A stretch of DNA of 64,000 bases from Chitinophagaceae bacterium (GTDB lineage Bacteria > Bacteroidota > Bacteroidia > Chitinophagales > Chitinophagaceae): positions 21,036 to 85,035 of the forward strand of contig JAFKGQ010000014.1 in NCBI GenBank assembly GCA_017307755.1, read 5' to 3'. Positions 1 to 9,897 of the stretch are shown here, piece after piece (positions within the stretch are counted from its first letter, which is position 1; every line of letters starts with the position of its first letter). A model generated the notes under the pieces. It was not told the origin of the DNA, ran no database searches, and saw nothing but the letters and a program-made list of their open reading frames with translations. The position numbers were made by a program, and so were the translations under genes.

Positions 1-1
1 G

Positions 2-637
2 GCCTTCCATGCCAGCGATAAATTCGGAGGATCCACCAACTCCTTCACCGGGGCGCCTACCACTCCTCCCGAAGAAGGCGGCTGGGAAGACTATGAGTCC
101 GAGATCAATTTCTTTTACAATTTCCCCGCCGGCAAAAGAAAGGACATCACCTTCCACACCATCTTTACCAAGTCCGACGGCAGCACAGTGACCTGGCAGA
201 ACAGCATCGACGGACATCCCTACTATGGCAAGTTCAGGATCGAGCACAACGACCGCTGGTATTCCTCCATGCCTGTGCATATGATGCGCTATGCCCACGT
301 ACTGCTGATCTACGCAGAGGCGCAGGCAAGGTCGGAAGGTACGCCAAATACAATGGCCTACACCTGTATGAACCGTGTAAGACAAAGGGCCGGATTGCCG
401 GACCTTACGGCGGGCCTGGCTGGGGCCGCATTCGCCGACAGCGTGGTGAACGAGCGCGCCTGGGAATTCGCCGGGGAAGGCACTACCCGGTGGTTCGATC
501 TTCAGCGGCTGGAACTGGTCGAGACGGCAAATGCCAACAAGAACGTAAACGACCTTAAGCCGATTGGCGCCATCACAAAGGACGATTACTGGTTCCCCAT
601 TCCCCAGATGGATGCCCAGATCAACCCTAATTTATAG
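2..637 (+). CDS. RagB/SusD family nutrient-uptake outer membrane lipoprotein, C-terminal part (5' end outside window)
   Basis: The frame is open from base 2 through the 188..637 ORF. It has SusD C-terminal motifs MRYAHVLLIYAEA, ERAWEFAGEG.RWFDL.R and YWFPIPQ. Confidence 0.9.
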   Translation, partial: AFHASDKFGGSTNSFTGAPTTPPEEGGWEDYESEINFFYNFPAGKRKDITFHTIFTKSDGSTVTWQNSIDGHPYYGKFRIEHNDRWYSSMPVHMMRYAHVLLIYAEAQARSEGTPNTMAYTCMNRVRQRAGLPDLTAGLAGAAFADSVVNERAWEFAGEGTTRWFDLQRLELVETANANKNVNDLKPIGAITKDDYWFPIPQMDAQINPNL

Positions 638-743
638 ATAATGAACACTTTATAAACTTTTCCCAATTATGTAAATGGTTTTTCCTGATACGGCATGATA
701 GCCGCTGAATATCATGTTCTTTTGCAAAAATTTCGCACTGACC

Positions 744-3134
744 ATGAATTCACCAGTACACAAAAAAGCCACCGGCTTATGCCTGTTATTTTTTCCGATC
801 CTTCTCTGGGCCCAGCAAACGGGCAATATCAAAGGAAGAATAACCTCCAGCGACGGTACGCCGGTGCCCTATGTGACTGTCAGTTTAAAAAATACACACC
901 GGGCCGTCATCTCAGGTGATGACGGCTCTTATAATATCAAAAACGTAAGACCGGGTGATCACATACTGGTGATCTCACACACCGGTCTTCATACACGCGA
1001 ACAAATGGTGCATGTCAATGCCGGTGAAACAACCGGAGTTGACCTTACCCTTTATGAAAATTCGGATAAGTTACAGGAAGTGATCCTGGTAAGCAGAAAA
1101 GGCCTGAATAATAAACCCGTAAGCATCGGTAAACTGGATATCTCCCCCATGGACCTCCCCCAGAGCATCACCGTCATCGGGGAAAATGTAATAAAAGACC
1201 AGCAGGCACAACGCTTGAGCGACGTAGTAAAAAATGTGAACGGCGTATACCTGGCAACCACTCGCGGCAGTGTACAGGAGTCCTTTTCCGCCAGAGGATA
1301 TAATTTTGGAGCTTACAATATGTTCAAGAACGGGTCCAGGGTCAACAGTGGTGTAATGCCGGAGATCAGCGGGCTGGAGAGAGTGGAGGTATTGAAGGGT
1401 AGCGCTGCTATCCTATACGGGAATGTCGCTCCGGGAGGCATCTTGAATATGGTCACCCGCCAGCCGAAGTTTACGTCCGGCGGTGAAATATCCATGCGTA
1501 TGGGCAGTTATGGCCTCTACAAGCCGGCTTTTGATGTCTACGGACCGCTGAGCAAAAAATTGGCCTACAGATTGAACGGGACCTATGAGAAAGCCGACAG
1601 CTACCGCGACCAGGTACATTCTACAAGATATTATGTCAACCCTTCCGTATTGTATCAGATCAGCAATACAACTGAACTGGTGCTGGAAGGAGATTACCTG
1701 TATCATAAATTCACCCCTGACTTTGGCATAGGCTCCTACGACAATACAAAAATACCCAACGTGCCGCGCGGACGCTTTTATGGCACTTCCTGGCAATACA
1801 ACAAAGCCCAGCAGTACACCGGTACAGCCACGTTGAAACATCATTTCCGCAATGACTGGCTGTTGAGCACGGTACTCTCCTACCAGCGCTATGACAGGGA
1901 TTATTATTCTACTGAGCGGATACAGGCGCAAGCCAATGGGGACTGGGCGCGACCGCTGAACAGGATCAAATCTTCTGAAGATTATTTTGTCGGCCAGGTG
2001 AACCTCAGCGGCAGGTTTACCACCGGCTCCATCGGGCATACCGCGCTGGTGGGCGTCGATGCGGAAAGATATAATACGCAGACATACGCATTTAATAACA
2101 TCACCACTTACGATACTATCAATATTTTCAACGCAGAGAAGTACAAACCCAGGGCAGATATTCCCCCCGCCATGGCCACACGCCTCGGCAAAACCCCTAT
2201 CAATCGGTTTGGCGCCTACGTACAGGACCTGGTGTCCATCAGTGACAAGTTAAAATTGCTGGCAGGCATACGCTGGAGCTACCAGGATGCCTTAAAGCCG
2301 GACACGCTGATCATCGCAGACGGGTCCCATAAATTTGGCAGTTCCAAGACCGACAAAGCTTTTACCCCAAGGGTAGGTATCGTATACAAACCGACTGTCA
2401 CCACCTCCGTGTTTGCCAGCTATGCCAATTCATTCTCCGTAAACAGCGGCACCGATGTATATGGGAATGCTTTATCACCCTCGATGATCGACCAGTTTGA
2501 GGCCGGTGTTAAAAATGATTTTGCGGGTGGTGCGCTGTCTGTTAATATCACTGGCTACCGCATTATTAACAACAACCTGGCCCAAACCGCGCAATTTACG
2601 TCTACCGGAGCCGTAAACAACAACGCTTCCCTGAAAGAGCTCACCGGTCAAACCACCAGCGACGGCGTGGAAGTGGACCTGGCGGCACATCCTGCAGCAG
2701 GCCTGAACATCATTGCCGGGTATAGTTACAATTATATGCGCTATACCAAAACCCAAAACAAAACAGGCAATTATGTGGAAGGCCAACGGCTGGTGAATAA
2801 CCCCGCACATACGGCCAATGCCACTATTTTCTACCAGTTCCCCCAAGGACAGCTCAGCGGGCTGAAACTGGGGGCCGGCGCTTATTACATCGGCAATCGT
2901 GTCGGCGGTTGGAACAATACCATCGGACAATCTCAGGGCTATGACCGCAGGATACCCGTAGACGGATTTGTCACCATAGACCTCAGCGCCGGATATACTT
3001 TCAGGAACATTACGCTACTGGCCAAACTATCCAATATCGCCAATACTTACAATTATTATGTCCACGAGAATTATAGCATCAACCCCATTCCGCCAAGACA
3101 ACTGGTGGCAACGTTGTCCTATAAATTCAACTAG
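744..3134 (+). CDS. TonB-dependent siderophore-type receptor with N-terminal carboxypeptidase-regulatory-like domain
   Basis: Signal peptide, plug motifs (DLPQSITVI, LERVEVLKGSAAILYG..PGGILN) and C-terminal PRQLVATLSYKF. Start moved to ATG 744 (MNSPV). Confidence 0.9.
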   Translation: MNSPVHKKATGLCLLFFPILLWAQQTGNIKGRITSSDGTPVPYVTVSLKNTHRAVISGDDGSYNIKNVRPGDHILVISHTGLHTREQMVHVNAGETTGVDLTLYENSDKLQEVILVSRKGLNNKPVSIGKLDISPMDLPQSITVIGENVIKDQQAQRLSDVVKNVNGVYLATTRGSVQESFSARGYNFGAYNMFKNGSRVNSGVMPEISGLERVEVLKGSAAILYGNVAPGGILNMVTRQPKFTSGGEISMRMGSYGLYKPAFDVYGPLSKKLAYRLNGTYEKADSYRDQVHSTRYYVNPSVLYQISNTTELVLEGDYLYHKFTPDFGIGSYDNTKIPNVPRGRFYGTSWQYNKAQQYTGTATLKHHFRNDWLLSTVLSYQRYDRDYYSTERIQAQANGDWARPLNRIKSSEDYFVGQVNLSGRFTTGSIGHTALVGVDAERYNTQTYAFNNITTYDTINIFNAEKYKPRADIPPAMATRLGKTPINRFGAYVQDLVSISDKLKLLAGIRWSYQDALKPDTLIIADGSHKFGSSKTDKAFTPRVGIVYKPTVTTSVFASYANSFSVNSGTDVYGNALSPSMIDQFEAGVKNDFAGGALSVNITGYRIINNNLAQTAQFTSTGAVNNNASLKELTGQTTSDGVEVDLAAHPAAGLNIIAGYSYNYMRYTKTQNKTGNYVEGQRLVNNPAHTANATIFYQFPQGQLSGLKLGAGAYYIGNRVGGWNNTIGQSQGYDRRIPVDGFVTIDLSAGYTFRNITLLAKLSNIANTYNYYVHENYSINPIPPRQLVATLSYKFN

Positions 3135-3160
3135 ACCATCCAATTGCACACTAACGGATT

Positions 3161-3661
3161 TTAGTGATCGACAAGACGGTAGTTTTCCGTCACGACATAA
3201 TGTTTCAGGGTAGTGATCTTTAATTGCTGGCCCTTGTCGGTCACAAAGACTTTTTTCAATTCCCGAAAGTCCTTGTTATTGTCTTGAAGCCCGATGATGC
3301 AGGAATACTTTTCCGGCCCCTTTTGAAGAAGAGGATGAGGAGGTGTCCCGATATCCGGCAGCTTGATGGTGTCCTCGCCTGTGATGCCTTCAAACTCCAC
3401 CCTGGCCAGGTATTTCATCGTCAACGGTGTTTCATAAAGACGGACGGAGAAATACATATCGTTGAGCCGGTTGTCCGTTTTGACCTGGTATTCTACCACC
3501 GGCTCCTTTTTTACATTCGCACGAAATTCCGGGTTCCGTTTGAACATGGGCAACACCGGATCCTTCACAGCCGGGCTGTCTGTCGTGGCATCAGACGTTC
3601 CGGAGGGCGAATGACAGGCCGAAAAAGCAAAAACTATGACTAAAAAGGCGTTTTTAAACAT
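3161..3661 (-). CDS. Hypothetical lipoprotein
   Basis: Likely start ATG 3661 gives MFKNAFLVIVFAFSAC, a lipobox-like signal. No family recognised. Confidence 0.65.
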   Translation of the reverse strand: MFKNAFLVIVFAFSACHSPSGTSDATTDSPAVKDPVLPMFKRNPEFRANVKKEPVVEYQVKTDNRLNDMYFSVRLYETPLTMKYLARVEFEGITGEDTIKLPDIGTPPHPLLQKGPEKYSCIIGLQDNNKDFRELKKVFVTDKGQQLKITTLKHYVVTENYRLVDH

Positions 3662-3693
3662 ATGACAGATGCGGGGCAAACATTGTACCAGAG

Positions 3694-4329
3694 CTATGCC
3701 CGCTGCCTCATCGGTGACGACAGATATAAATGCCAAAGCAACATTGTCGCGACAGAACGATAAGGTTGCCAGTTGGCGGTCAGCTCCTGCAGATCATCTT
3801 TCGGGACCCCTTTCGGCAACCGCTTCACCCGCTTCAAGGCATTGATAGCGGCAAGATCCCCCATGGGAAATATGTCCGCCCGTTGCAAAACAAACATCAG
3901 GTACACATCGATAGTCCAATTACCGACCCCCTTCAGCGTGATAAGCTTCGCCCGGACCTCTTCGTCGGACAATGTTTCCAAAGAGGACAGCGCCAGTCTT
4001 CCCTCCAACATCTCCACGGCTAAACCCCTCGTATACGCCGTTTTCTGACGGCTGAAATAACAGGCTTTTAACTCCTCATCCGTCAGTGCCAAAAAACGCT
4101 CGGGGGTTATCTCCTTTAATCTCTCCCGCAACTTGTTCAACGCCGCCAGCGCCGAAGCCAGGGACACCTGTTGTTCAAGTATAATATGCACCAGGGTTTC
4201 AAACGTGTTTGCCCTTGTCCACATAGGCGGATACCCATGCGTCCTGACAATTATGGCCAGGTCCTCGTCTAAGGAAGCCAGTTTGTTGCAGATGTTCTTA
4301 AAATTCCGCTTGTTGAATCTTTGGATCAA
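3694..4329 (-). CDS. alkA: DNA-3-methyladenine glycosylase II (AlkA/HhH-GPD family)
   Basis: FETLVHIILEQQVS, HhH motif LKGVGNWT and FP.GDLA. TTG start. Confidence 0.85.
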   Translation of the reverse strand: MIQRFNKRNFKNICNKLASLDEDLAIIVRTHGYPPMWTRANTFETLVHIILEQQVSLASALAALNKLRERLKEITPERFLALTDEELKACYFSRQKTAYTRGLAVEMLEGRLALSSLETLSDEEVRAKLITLKGVGNWTIDVYLMFVLQRADIFPMGDLAAINALKRVKRLPKGVPKDDLQELTANWQPYRSVATMLLWHLYLSSPMRQRA

Positions 4330-4358
4330 AATCCCTACATTTCCGTTAAAATTAAGAC

Positions 4359-4718
4359 ATGGCGGGTGTAAAAAACAAAAAAGAGCGCCTCATATCCGTA
4401 AAACCCTCTGGCAAAAAGGACGAATCCCTTGTCGACCTTATTTATGACTTGGTACGTCAGATACCAAAGGGAAGGGTCACTACTTATGGAGCCATCGCCG
4501 CCGTGCTCAACATTCCCAACCCCAGGATGGTAGGCAGGGCCATGCACTCCGGTACCAACCCCATACCCGCTCATCGTGTCATCAACAGTACAGGCCATCT
4601 GTCCGGTGAGCACACGGCCCTTCGCCGGCGAATGCTGGAAAAAGAAGGCGTAAAAGTAAAAGGAGAAAAGATCGTGGATTTTAAGACCCTTTTCTGGGAC
4701 CCCGCTAAAGAATTATAA
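4359..4718 (+). CDS. Alkyltransferase-like (ATL/MGMT-family) O6-alkylguanine DNA-binding protein, active-site Cys replaced by Ala
   Basis: IPKGRVTTYGAIA, PRMVGRAM and PAHRVINS (canonical MGMT has PCHRV). Confidence 0.85.
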   Translation: MAGVKNKKERLISVKPSGKKDESLVDLIYDLVRQIPKGRVTTYGAIAAVLNIPNPRMVGRAMHSGTNPIPAHRVINSTGHLSGEHTALRRRMLEKEGVKVKGEKIVDFKTLFWDPAKEL

Positions 4719-4725
4719 AGAACAA

Positions 4726-4745
4726 ACCCCTGTGGACACAGGGGT
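4726..4745. terminator. Hairpin between convergent genes
   Basis: ACCCCTGT-GGAC-ACAGGGGT, 8-bp stem just after the ATL stop. Confidence 0.45.
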
Positions 4746-4870
4746 AAGTAACCAAAACTAACTGCTTATGAGAAAAATGTGAATTATTGTTGTTGTAAAA
4801 GATGATCTTTAATCATCAACACAAAGATACGACCATATATAGCTACTCCTGGTTAGCATTCTGTTAAAAA

Positions 4871-5659
4871 CTACCTCACCTGCTCTTTTAGCCACCTCAC
4901 CCAGGCCGTAGCACCCTCCATATTTTGAAAGGATGCGGGAAGAATATGATTGTCAATGTATTCATTGTATATCCAGGGATCTCCCACTGCAAATACGGTA
5001 CCCTTCCCCATACGGGCGGTCGCCGCGATCACCGCCCCGTTGTTTATAATGGCTGGCCTGGCCGGAGCAGTTAAACGAAGACTGGCCACATCCTTCATAT
5101 ACAGTTGGAGAGAAGACTTAAAGATAGGGTCATCCGCCGGGGTATGGATGGTCCCCGGTGCCCGGTCTTCGCCTATGACATGATTTACACAATCCTCATT
5201 AAAATGAATACCAAAGGTTTCTGACAATTGGTTGAAATGCTGAAATTCCGCATTTCCCTTGTCATTACCCATCAGCACCAGCACACCACCCGCCTTGACC
5301 CAATCCTTGATCACTTTCACATCCTGCGGAGATATAAAATGAGGGTGAGGGTTCTCCGTTTCGATGTCAGGGTCTGCGATGATATATACGGACGCTTTTT
5401 TGAGATCGGCCGGCCCGGGTGCGGCAGGCAGACTGGCCAGCAAAAAACCCTGGCTTTTAAAAATATCCCCTAATTTGGAAAACCCACTATTGGCTTTATC
5501 CTCCCAGGTGTAGTGAAACCTTGCCGAATCTCCGGCAGGCGTACGATGCCATTCATTGTTGAAATAGTAATCCAGCAGGACGGTAGGCGTTTTACGCTGC
5601 GCCATCGTGGTGAAGGTCGCCAGACAGGCGGCAAGTACGAAGAGTTTTCTTGGTTGCAT
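4871..5659 (-). CDS. Secreted DUF4350-like / class I glutamine-amidotransferase-fold protein
   Basis: Signal peptide, LLDYYFNNEW, WVKAGGVLVLMGND and GKGTVFAVGDPWIYNEY. Resembles Bacteroidota stand-alone domains also seen appended to GH105 enzymes. Confidence 0.6.
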   Translation of the reverse strand: MQPRKLFVLAACLATFTTMAQRKTPTVLLDYYFNNEWHRTPAGDSARFHYTWEDKANSGFSKLGDIFKSQGFLLASLPAAPGPADLKKASVYIIADPDIETENPHPHFISPQDVKVIKDWVKAGGVLVLMGNDKGNAEFQHFNQLSETFGIHFNEDCVNHVIGEDRAPGTIHTPADDPIFKSSLQLYMKDVASLRLTAPARPAIINNGAVIAATARMGKGTVFAVGDPWIYNEYIDNHILPASFQNMEGATAWVRWLKEQVR

Positions 5660-5728
5660 AGCAACAAATATAGATCATGCCGTTTTGCAGCAATATTTAT
5701 TTACGACAACGTTTTCGCCACGATCATA

Positions 5729-7537
5729 TCATCTGCTGTCAAGGCTCTTCATAAACGCCACTACTTCCTTCATCTCTTTCTCCGTAAGATCCAATTTATC
5801 AAAAGGCAGTGTCTGGTTGTCTATCTTTAACCCCAGCCCCACTCCCCCTCCTTTGTTGTAAAATTCCATCACCTCCTCCAGGGTCGTATATACCCCGTTG
5901 TGCATATAAGGCGCTGTACGGGCCACATTGCGCAACGTAGGGATTTTGAAGGAATGTTTGAACCCCCCGGATCTTATAATATTATACCTCCCCATATCCT
6001 CGTCGATATGTTTTCCATCCGCTGACGCGGGTACGCCGATGACCTCCGACTCTATTTTCATATACCTGGGAGGGAAAGTACCGTTGAACAAAGGCATATA
6101 ATGACAAGTGCCGCATTTCGCCCGTCCCATAAAGAGATTGAAACCGCTTATCTCATCCTTGCTCATAGCCGTCTTATCACCCCGCATATATGTGTCCCAC
6201 CGGCTGTTAAGGTCTGTCAGGCTGCGAACATAAGAGCCAAGCGCATTCATCACTTCAAGGGTATCGATACCCGTCCTGTCTTTTTTTGCAAATGCCTGTG
6301 AGAACATCCTGCGGTAGGTCGTATCCTGCCACAGCCGGACTACGGACAACTTGATGGAACCATGCATCTCCTTTTCGTTCTGCACCACGGCCAGCGCCTG
6401 GTCTTCAAGGCTTCTGGCACGCAGATCATAGAACAACGCTGGTTGCAGGGCCGCATTGATCAGGGTAGGCGTATTCCGGGAAAGCAACCCTCCGTCGCCA
6501 AGAACGGTGTTCTTCCTCAGACCGTCTGCAAAAGCCTTATCCGGCTGATGACAGGACCCGCAACTCCTTGTACCGGTGCCCGAAAGAAGAGGGTCATAGA
6601 ACAACCGCCGCCCCAACGTCACTTTTTCATCCGTCATAAAGGCTGACCGGTCCGGCATATAAGCATTTACATTAAAGGCGCCTTTGTCAAACAGCGTCTT
6701 TGCCTCCTGGTTCAACAGCCGGTTATACCGCATGATATCCAACTTCAAACTTTCTTCCATATCCGTAATACCCGTGGAGATAGCATTGGCATATGTAGTA
6801 ATAAACTCCGCCCTGTCAAAGGAATTGAAATCTGGATGGCGGGTAAGATAGTTCATAGCCGTATCCAGCCGGCCCATCACCTCGCCGGCTCCTTTGTAGT
6901 AACCCAACGGTTTCTTCAGACCGGCCAGCCCCGCGGCTGACTCCGTCATGGACTCCAGCGAAAGAGGGTCGTCAAAACCCGTGATACCCAGCGTCTCTAC
7001 CCTGAATACCTCCTGTTTGGCGGCGTCGAATACCTGCCAGTCCAGGATGTCGATGTTGGCAAAGTGTTTTGTAAACTTTTCGCAATCCGACTGCAACCTT
7101 TTAAGCAGCCCTGCTATTTCTGTCTTGCGGGCAGTGTCATACCTGGGATACAGAAAAGTTTCGATCACCTGTAACCCGGCCGGTTCAAATGCCTGGCCCG
7201 ACAATTCAACCTCCGGCACAGGAGGGCCATTGACAAACCTCGCCGTCGCAGGCTCAAAATATTCAGCAGCCCACTCAAACTGCTTATAACCCATTCTTGC
7301 CCCAAGGAACATCCGCCGCAATGACTGTTCGTCCGCACTCCCGTCTTCTACCGCAGTCTGCAGTGTATGGCATAAAACAGCAAAGCTGTCGACTTGTGTC
7401 AACAGCATTTGCGTGATCTTTTTCTCGGGAGGCGGTGGTTTTTCCTGTGGCCTCTGATCACAGGAAACATACCCTGCGGCCGCGATCATCAATATGTATA
7501 ATATTCTATTTCTCTTAGTAACCGTGGCTGTGGCCAT
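5729..7537 (-). CDS. Di-heme cytochrome c peroxidase (MauG/bCcP family) lipoprotein with N-terminal imelysin-like helical domain
   Basis: Two CXXCH motifs (CGSCH, CGTCH), LGRRLFYD, RNTPTL.N and FKIPTLRNV..TAPYMH. Lipobox GYVSC. Start estimated at 7537. Confidence 0.85.
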   Translation of the reverse strand: MATATVTKRNRILYILMIAAAGYVSCDQRPQEKPPPPEKKITQMLLTQVDSFAVLCHTLQTAVEDGSADEQSLRRMFLGARMGYKQFEWAAEYFEPATARFVNGPPVPEVELSGQAFEPAGLQVIETFLYPRYDTARKTEIAGLLKRLQSDCEKFTKHFANIDILDWQVFDAAKQEVFRVETLGITGFDDPLSLESMTESAAGLAGLKKPLGYYKGAGEVMGRLDTAMNYLTRHPDFNSFDRAEFITTYANAISTGITDMEESLKLDIMRYNRLLNQEAKTLFDKGAFNVNAYMPDRSAFMTDEKVTLGRRLFYDPLLSGTGTRSCGSCHQPDKAFADGLRKNTVLGDGGLLSRNTPTLINAALQPALFYDLRARSLEDQALAVVQNEKEMHGSIKLSVVRLWQDTTYRRMFSQAFAKKDRTGIDTLEVMNALGSYVRSLTDLNSRWDTYMRGDKTAMSKDEISGFNLFMGRAKCGTCHYMPLFNGTFPPRYMKIESEVIGVPASADGKHIDEDMGRYNIIRSGGFKHSFKIPTLRNVARTAPYMHNGVYTTLEEVMEFYNKGGGVGLGLKIDNQTLPFDKLDLTEKEMKEVVAFMKSLDSR

Positions 7538-8894
7538 GTCCATTGTCATCATCGTAATAGGGGTCGAATACATTTTGTAAGGGATTGGCATCTCTGTCCC
7601 GGGATGACAAGGGCTTCAGATCCCACTTTCTTTCAATAAAAGAAAGGATGCTGACCGTCTCATATTGCGTATGGTCGACGTATCCACGCTTTGCAAATGG
7701 AGAGATGATGATGGCGGGGACACGGGTGCCGGGGCCCCATTTCCTGTCGATGACAGGAGGAGCGACATGGTCCCAGAACCCGCCGTGCTCGTCATAAGTG
7801 ATGATGATGACTACGTCCTTGCCATTAGGTCCGTTCAGCACGTCGTTCACCAGCTCCACCGTATGGTTCTCGCCAAGGGCCACATTGGAATAGCCGGGAT
7901 GCTCGTTGTTGATACCTAAAGGTTTTACAAACGATACGCTGGGGAGCATACCGGCCTTGGCGGCAGCGATAAAATCTTTTTCGTCCTTCAGATGTTCGGC
8001 CTTGGCGGGCTTGCCGTCGGCATAGTTGGCAAAATAGATAAAAGGCTGGTGATGGAATTGATAAGTGCCGTTGGGATGACCGGCAACAGCGCTATCCCAG
8101 CCGCCGGCATACCAGGCCCAGGTTATTTTCTTCTCGCTCAGCCTGTCGCCAATGGTGGGGAAGGTCTGATTGGGCACCAACGTGGCGGGGTTGGCGCTGG
8201 CAGGATGAGGCGTATTCACCGAAAAGCTGGTGTTTACCACATATCCGTCGGGGGTTACGGCACCATCGGTCACCAGTTTACCCGTAGAGTCGAGCTTGGC
8301 TACGATGCTGGACGGAGCGCTGGGGAACACAGGACTGGCCGCGGCTATCAGCCACATATGGTTGAGGAACGATCCGCCAAAGGCGCTATGATAGAAATTA
8401 TCACAGAGCGTATATTTCTGCGCCAGACTTAACAAAGGCAGCATGCTCGTCTTATAGTATCCCTGGGAAAGACCCGCTGAATTTCCATTGTACAAAGCAA
8501 ACTTGTCCATCTTGCCACCGTCTATCTGCATCTGCTCCTGATAATAACGGTGCAGTACATCAGGCGTATTCATGTCATTGGGCACATACTGGTCGATGTT
8601 AAAGGGCTTGTTAGGCAGGGTCGTGGGGAATGCGGGATTGGGAATGGCAGGAAGGACGCCATAGGGCGTACCCGTGGCGTCTACCTGGGTATAGTTGGCG
8701 GCAGTGGCATTGGAGAGGCCATTGGCGCCGGGAAACTCACCAAAAAGGTTGTCGAAGCTGTGGTTTTCGAGATAGATCACCACCACGTGTTTCACTTTAT
8801 TAATCTCGGGGGGCGATGGAGGAAGGAATTTTCTACAACTGCTCCCCAGAGCAAAAGTTGACAGCAAAGCAATGGCGGTGTATTTGTTTCGCAT
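7515..8894 (-). CDS. Phosphoesterase / acid phosphatase (AcpA-phospholipase C family) lipoprotein
   Basis: VVVIYLENHSFDNLFG, CDNFYHSAFGGSFLNH, TYDEHGGFWDHV and GPGTRVPAIIISP. Lipobox LGSSC. Confidence 0.9.
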   Translation of the reverse strand: MRNKYTAIALLSTFALGSSCRKFLPPSPPEINKVKHVVVIYLENHSFDNLFGEFPGANGLSNATAANYTQVDATGTPYGVLPAIPNPAFPTTLPNKPFNIDQYVPNDMNTPDVLHRYYQEQMQIDGGKMDKFALYNGNSAGLSQGYYKTSMLPLLSLAQKYTLCDNFYHSAFGGSFLNHMWLIAAASPVFPSAPSSIVAKLDSTGKLVTDGAVTPDGYVVNTSFSVNTPHPASANPATLVPNQTFPTIGDRLSEKKITWAWYAGGWDSAVAGHPNGTYQFHHQPFIYFANYADGKPAKAEHLKDEKDFIAAAKAGMLPSVSFVKPLGINNEHPGYSNVALGENHTVELVNDVLNGPNGKDVVIIITYDEHGGFWDHVAPPVIDRKWGPGTRVPAIIISPFAKRGYVDHTQYETVSILSFIERKWDLKPLSSRDRDANPLQNVFDPYYDDDNGHGHSHGY

Positions 8895-8941
8895 TTTTGG
8901 TTGTTTGTAAACAAATTACCATTTTGATTATGACCGGAATG

Positions 8942-9823
8942 TTACTGCCGTGTAAACATTGCATTAACATTTCTTTCACGAAAATCCTCCGCCGTCATAC
9001 CCGCATATTTCGAAAAGAACTTGGAAAAATAGGAATTATCCTTAAAATTGAGCTTGTACCCGATCTCTGAGATGGAAAGCTCCTTGTTTATCATCAACCT
9101 CTTCGCCTCCAGAACGACACGGTCCCGGATCACCTCACCCGCGGACTTTCCCAGTACCTCGTTGCAGATCGCATTCAGGTGATTAGGCGTAATAAACAAC
9201 CGTTCCGCATACTCTTTTGGCAGTTTCAGCGTGCCGACATTTTGCTCCAACAGCTTTAAAAAGTTCCTTACCACTGTATAATTGTAAGAAGTAAATTTGA
9301 TGGAAGGGTTTTCAAACCCCAGTCTCCCGATGGTGATAAAAAGCTGCATCAGCAGGACCTTCACCATATCCATTCCATGCATGTTGTCCGCCTCCATCTC
9401 TCTCAGGATATTCTCAAATAATAAAAGGACGTTCGGCCGGAGTCCCTCCGGCAGGGAGATCACCGAATTCTCCAACACACCGCTGAAATAAGGGAATTGC
9501 TCGATATAGTCCGGGTTTAATAAAAAGGCCTTAAAGAAGGGCGCGGAAAAGTTGATCACATAACCATCAGCCTCCCCTTCGAAATCCCAGGAATGCACCT
9601 GCCCGGGTATCATAAAATACATTTGATAAGGTTCCACCGGAAAGGTCTTAAAATCTATCATATGGCTGCCTGCGCCCTTTGTAAAAAGCAATAAATGATA
9701 AAAGCTATGCTTGTGCGGCAGACGCAGGTTCTGATGGGTTTCCAGGTAAGGGGCAAACCTGGAAACGATGATATCCTCTTTTGTAAAATGGCCGATATCG
9801 TAAACAGGGATGTCTTTCTTCAT
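8942..9823 (-). CDS. AraC family transcriptional regulator
   Basis: Cupin-like HKHSFYHLLLF and C-terminal double HTH (YAERLFITPNHLN; SEIGYKLNFKDNSYFSKFF). Start moved to ATG 9823. Confidence 0.9.
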   Translation of the reverse strand: MKKDIPVYDIGHFTKEDIIVSRFAPYLETHQNLRLPHKHSFYHLLLFTKGAGSHMIDFKTFPVEPYQMYFMIPGQVHSWDFEGEADGYVINFSAPFFKAFLLNPDYIEQFPYFSGVLENSVISLPEGLRPNVLLLFENILREMEADNMHGMDMVKVLLMQLFITIGRLGFENPSIKFTSYNYTVVRNFLKLLEQNVGTLKLPKEYAERLFITPNHLNAICNEVLGKSAGEVIRDRVVLEAKRLMINKELSISEIGYKLNFKDNSYFSKFFSKYAGMTAEDFRERNVNAMFTRQ

Positions 9824-9897
9824 CCGTCCGCTGATTTTTTTGTAAAGATAACTTTTGGCAACAATTAAAACCCGTTTGAATTTCATAACTTCACTGA

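Noticed and set aside
636-660. GATAATGA upstream of the siderophore-type TBDR as a Fur box
   Set aside because: Only one half matches GATAATGATAATCATTATC and there is no dyad symmetry.
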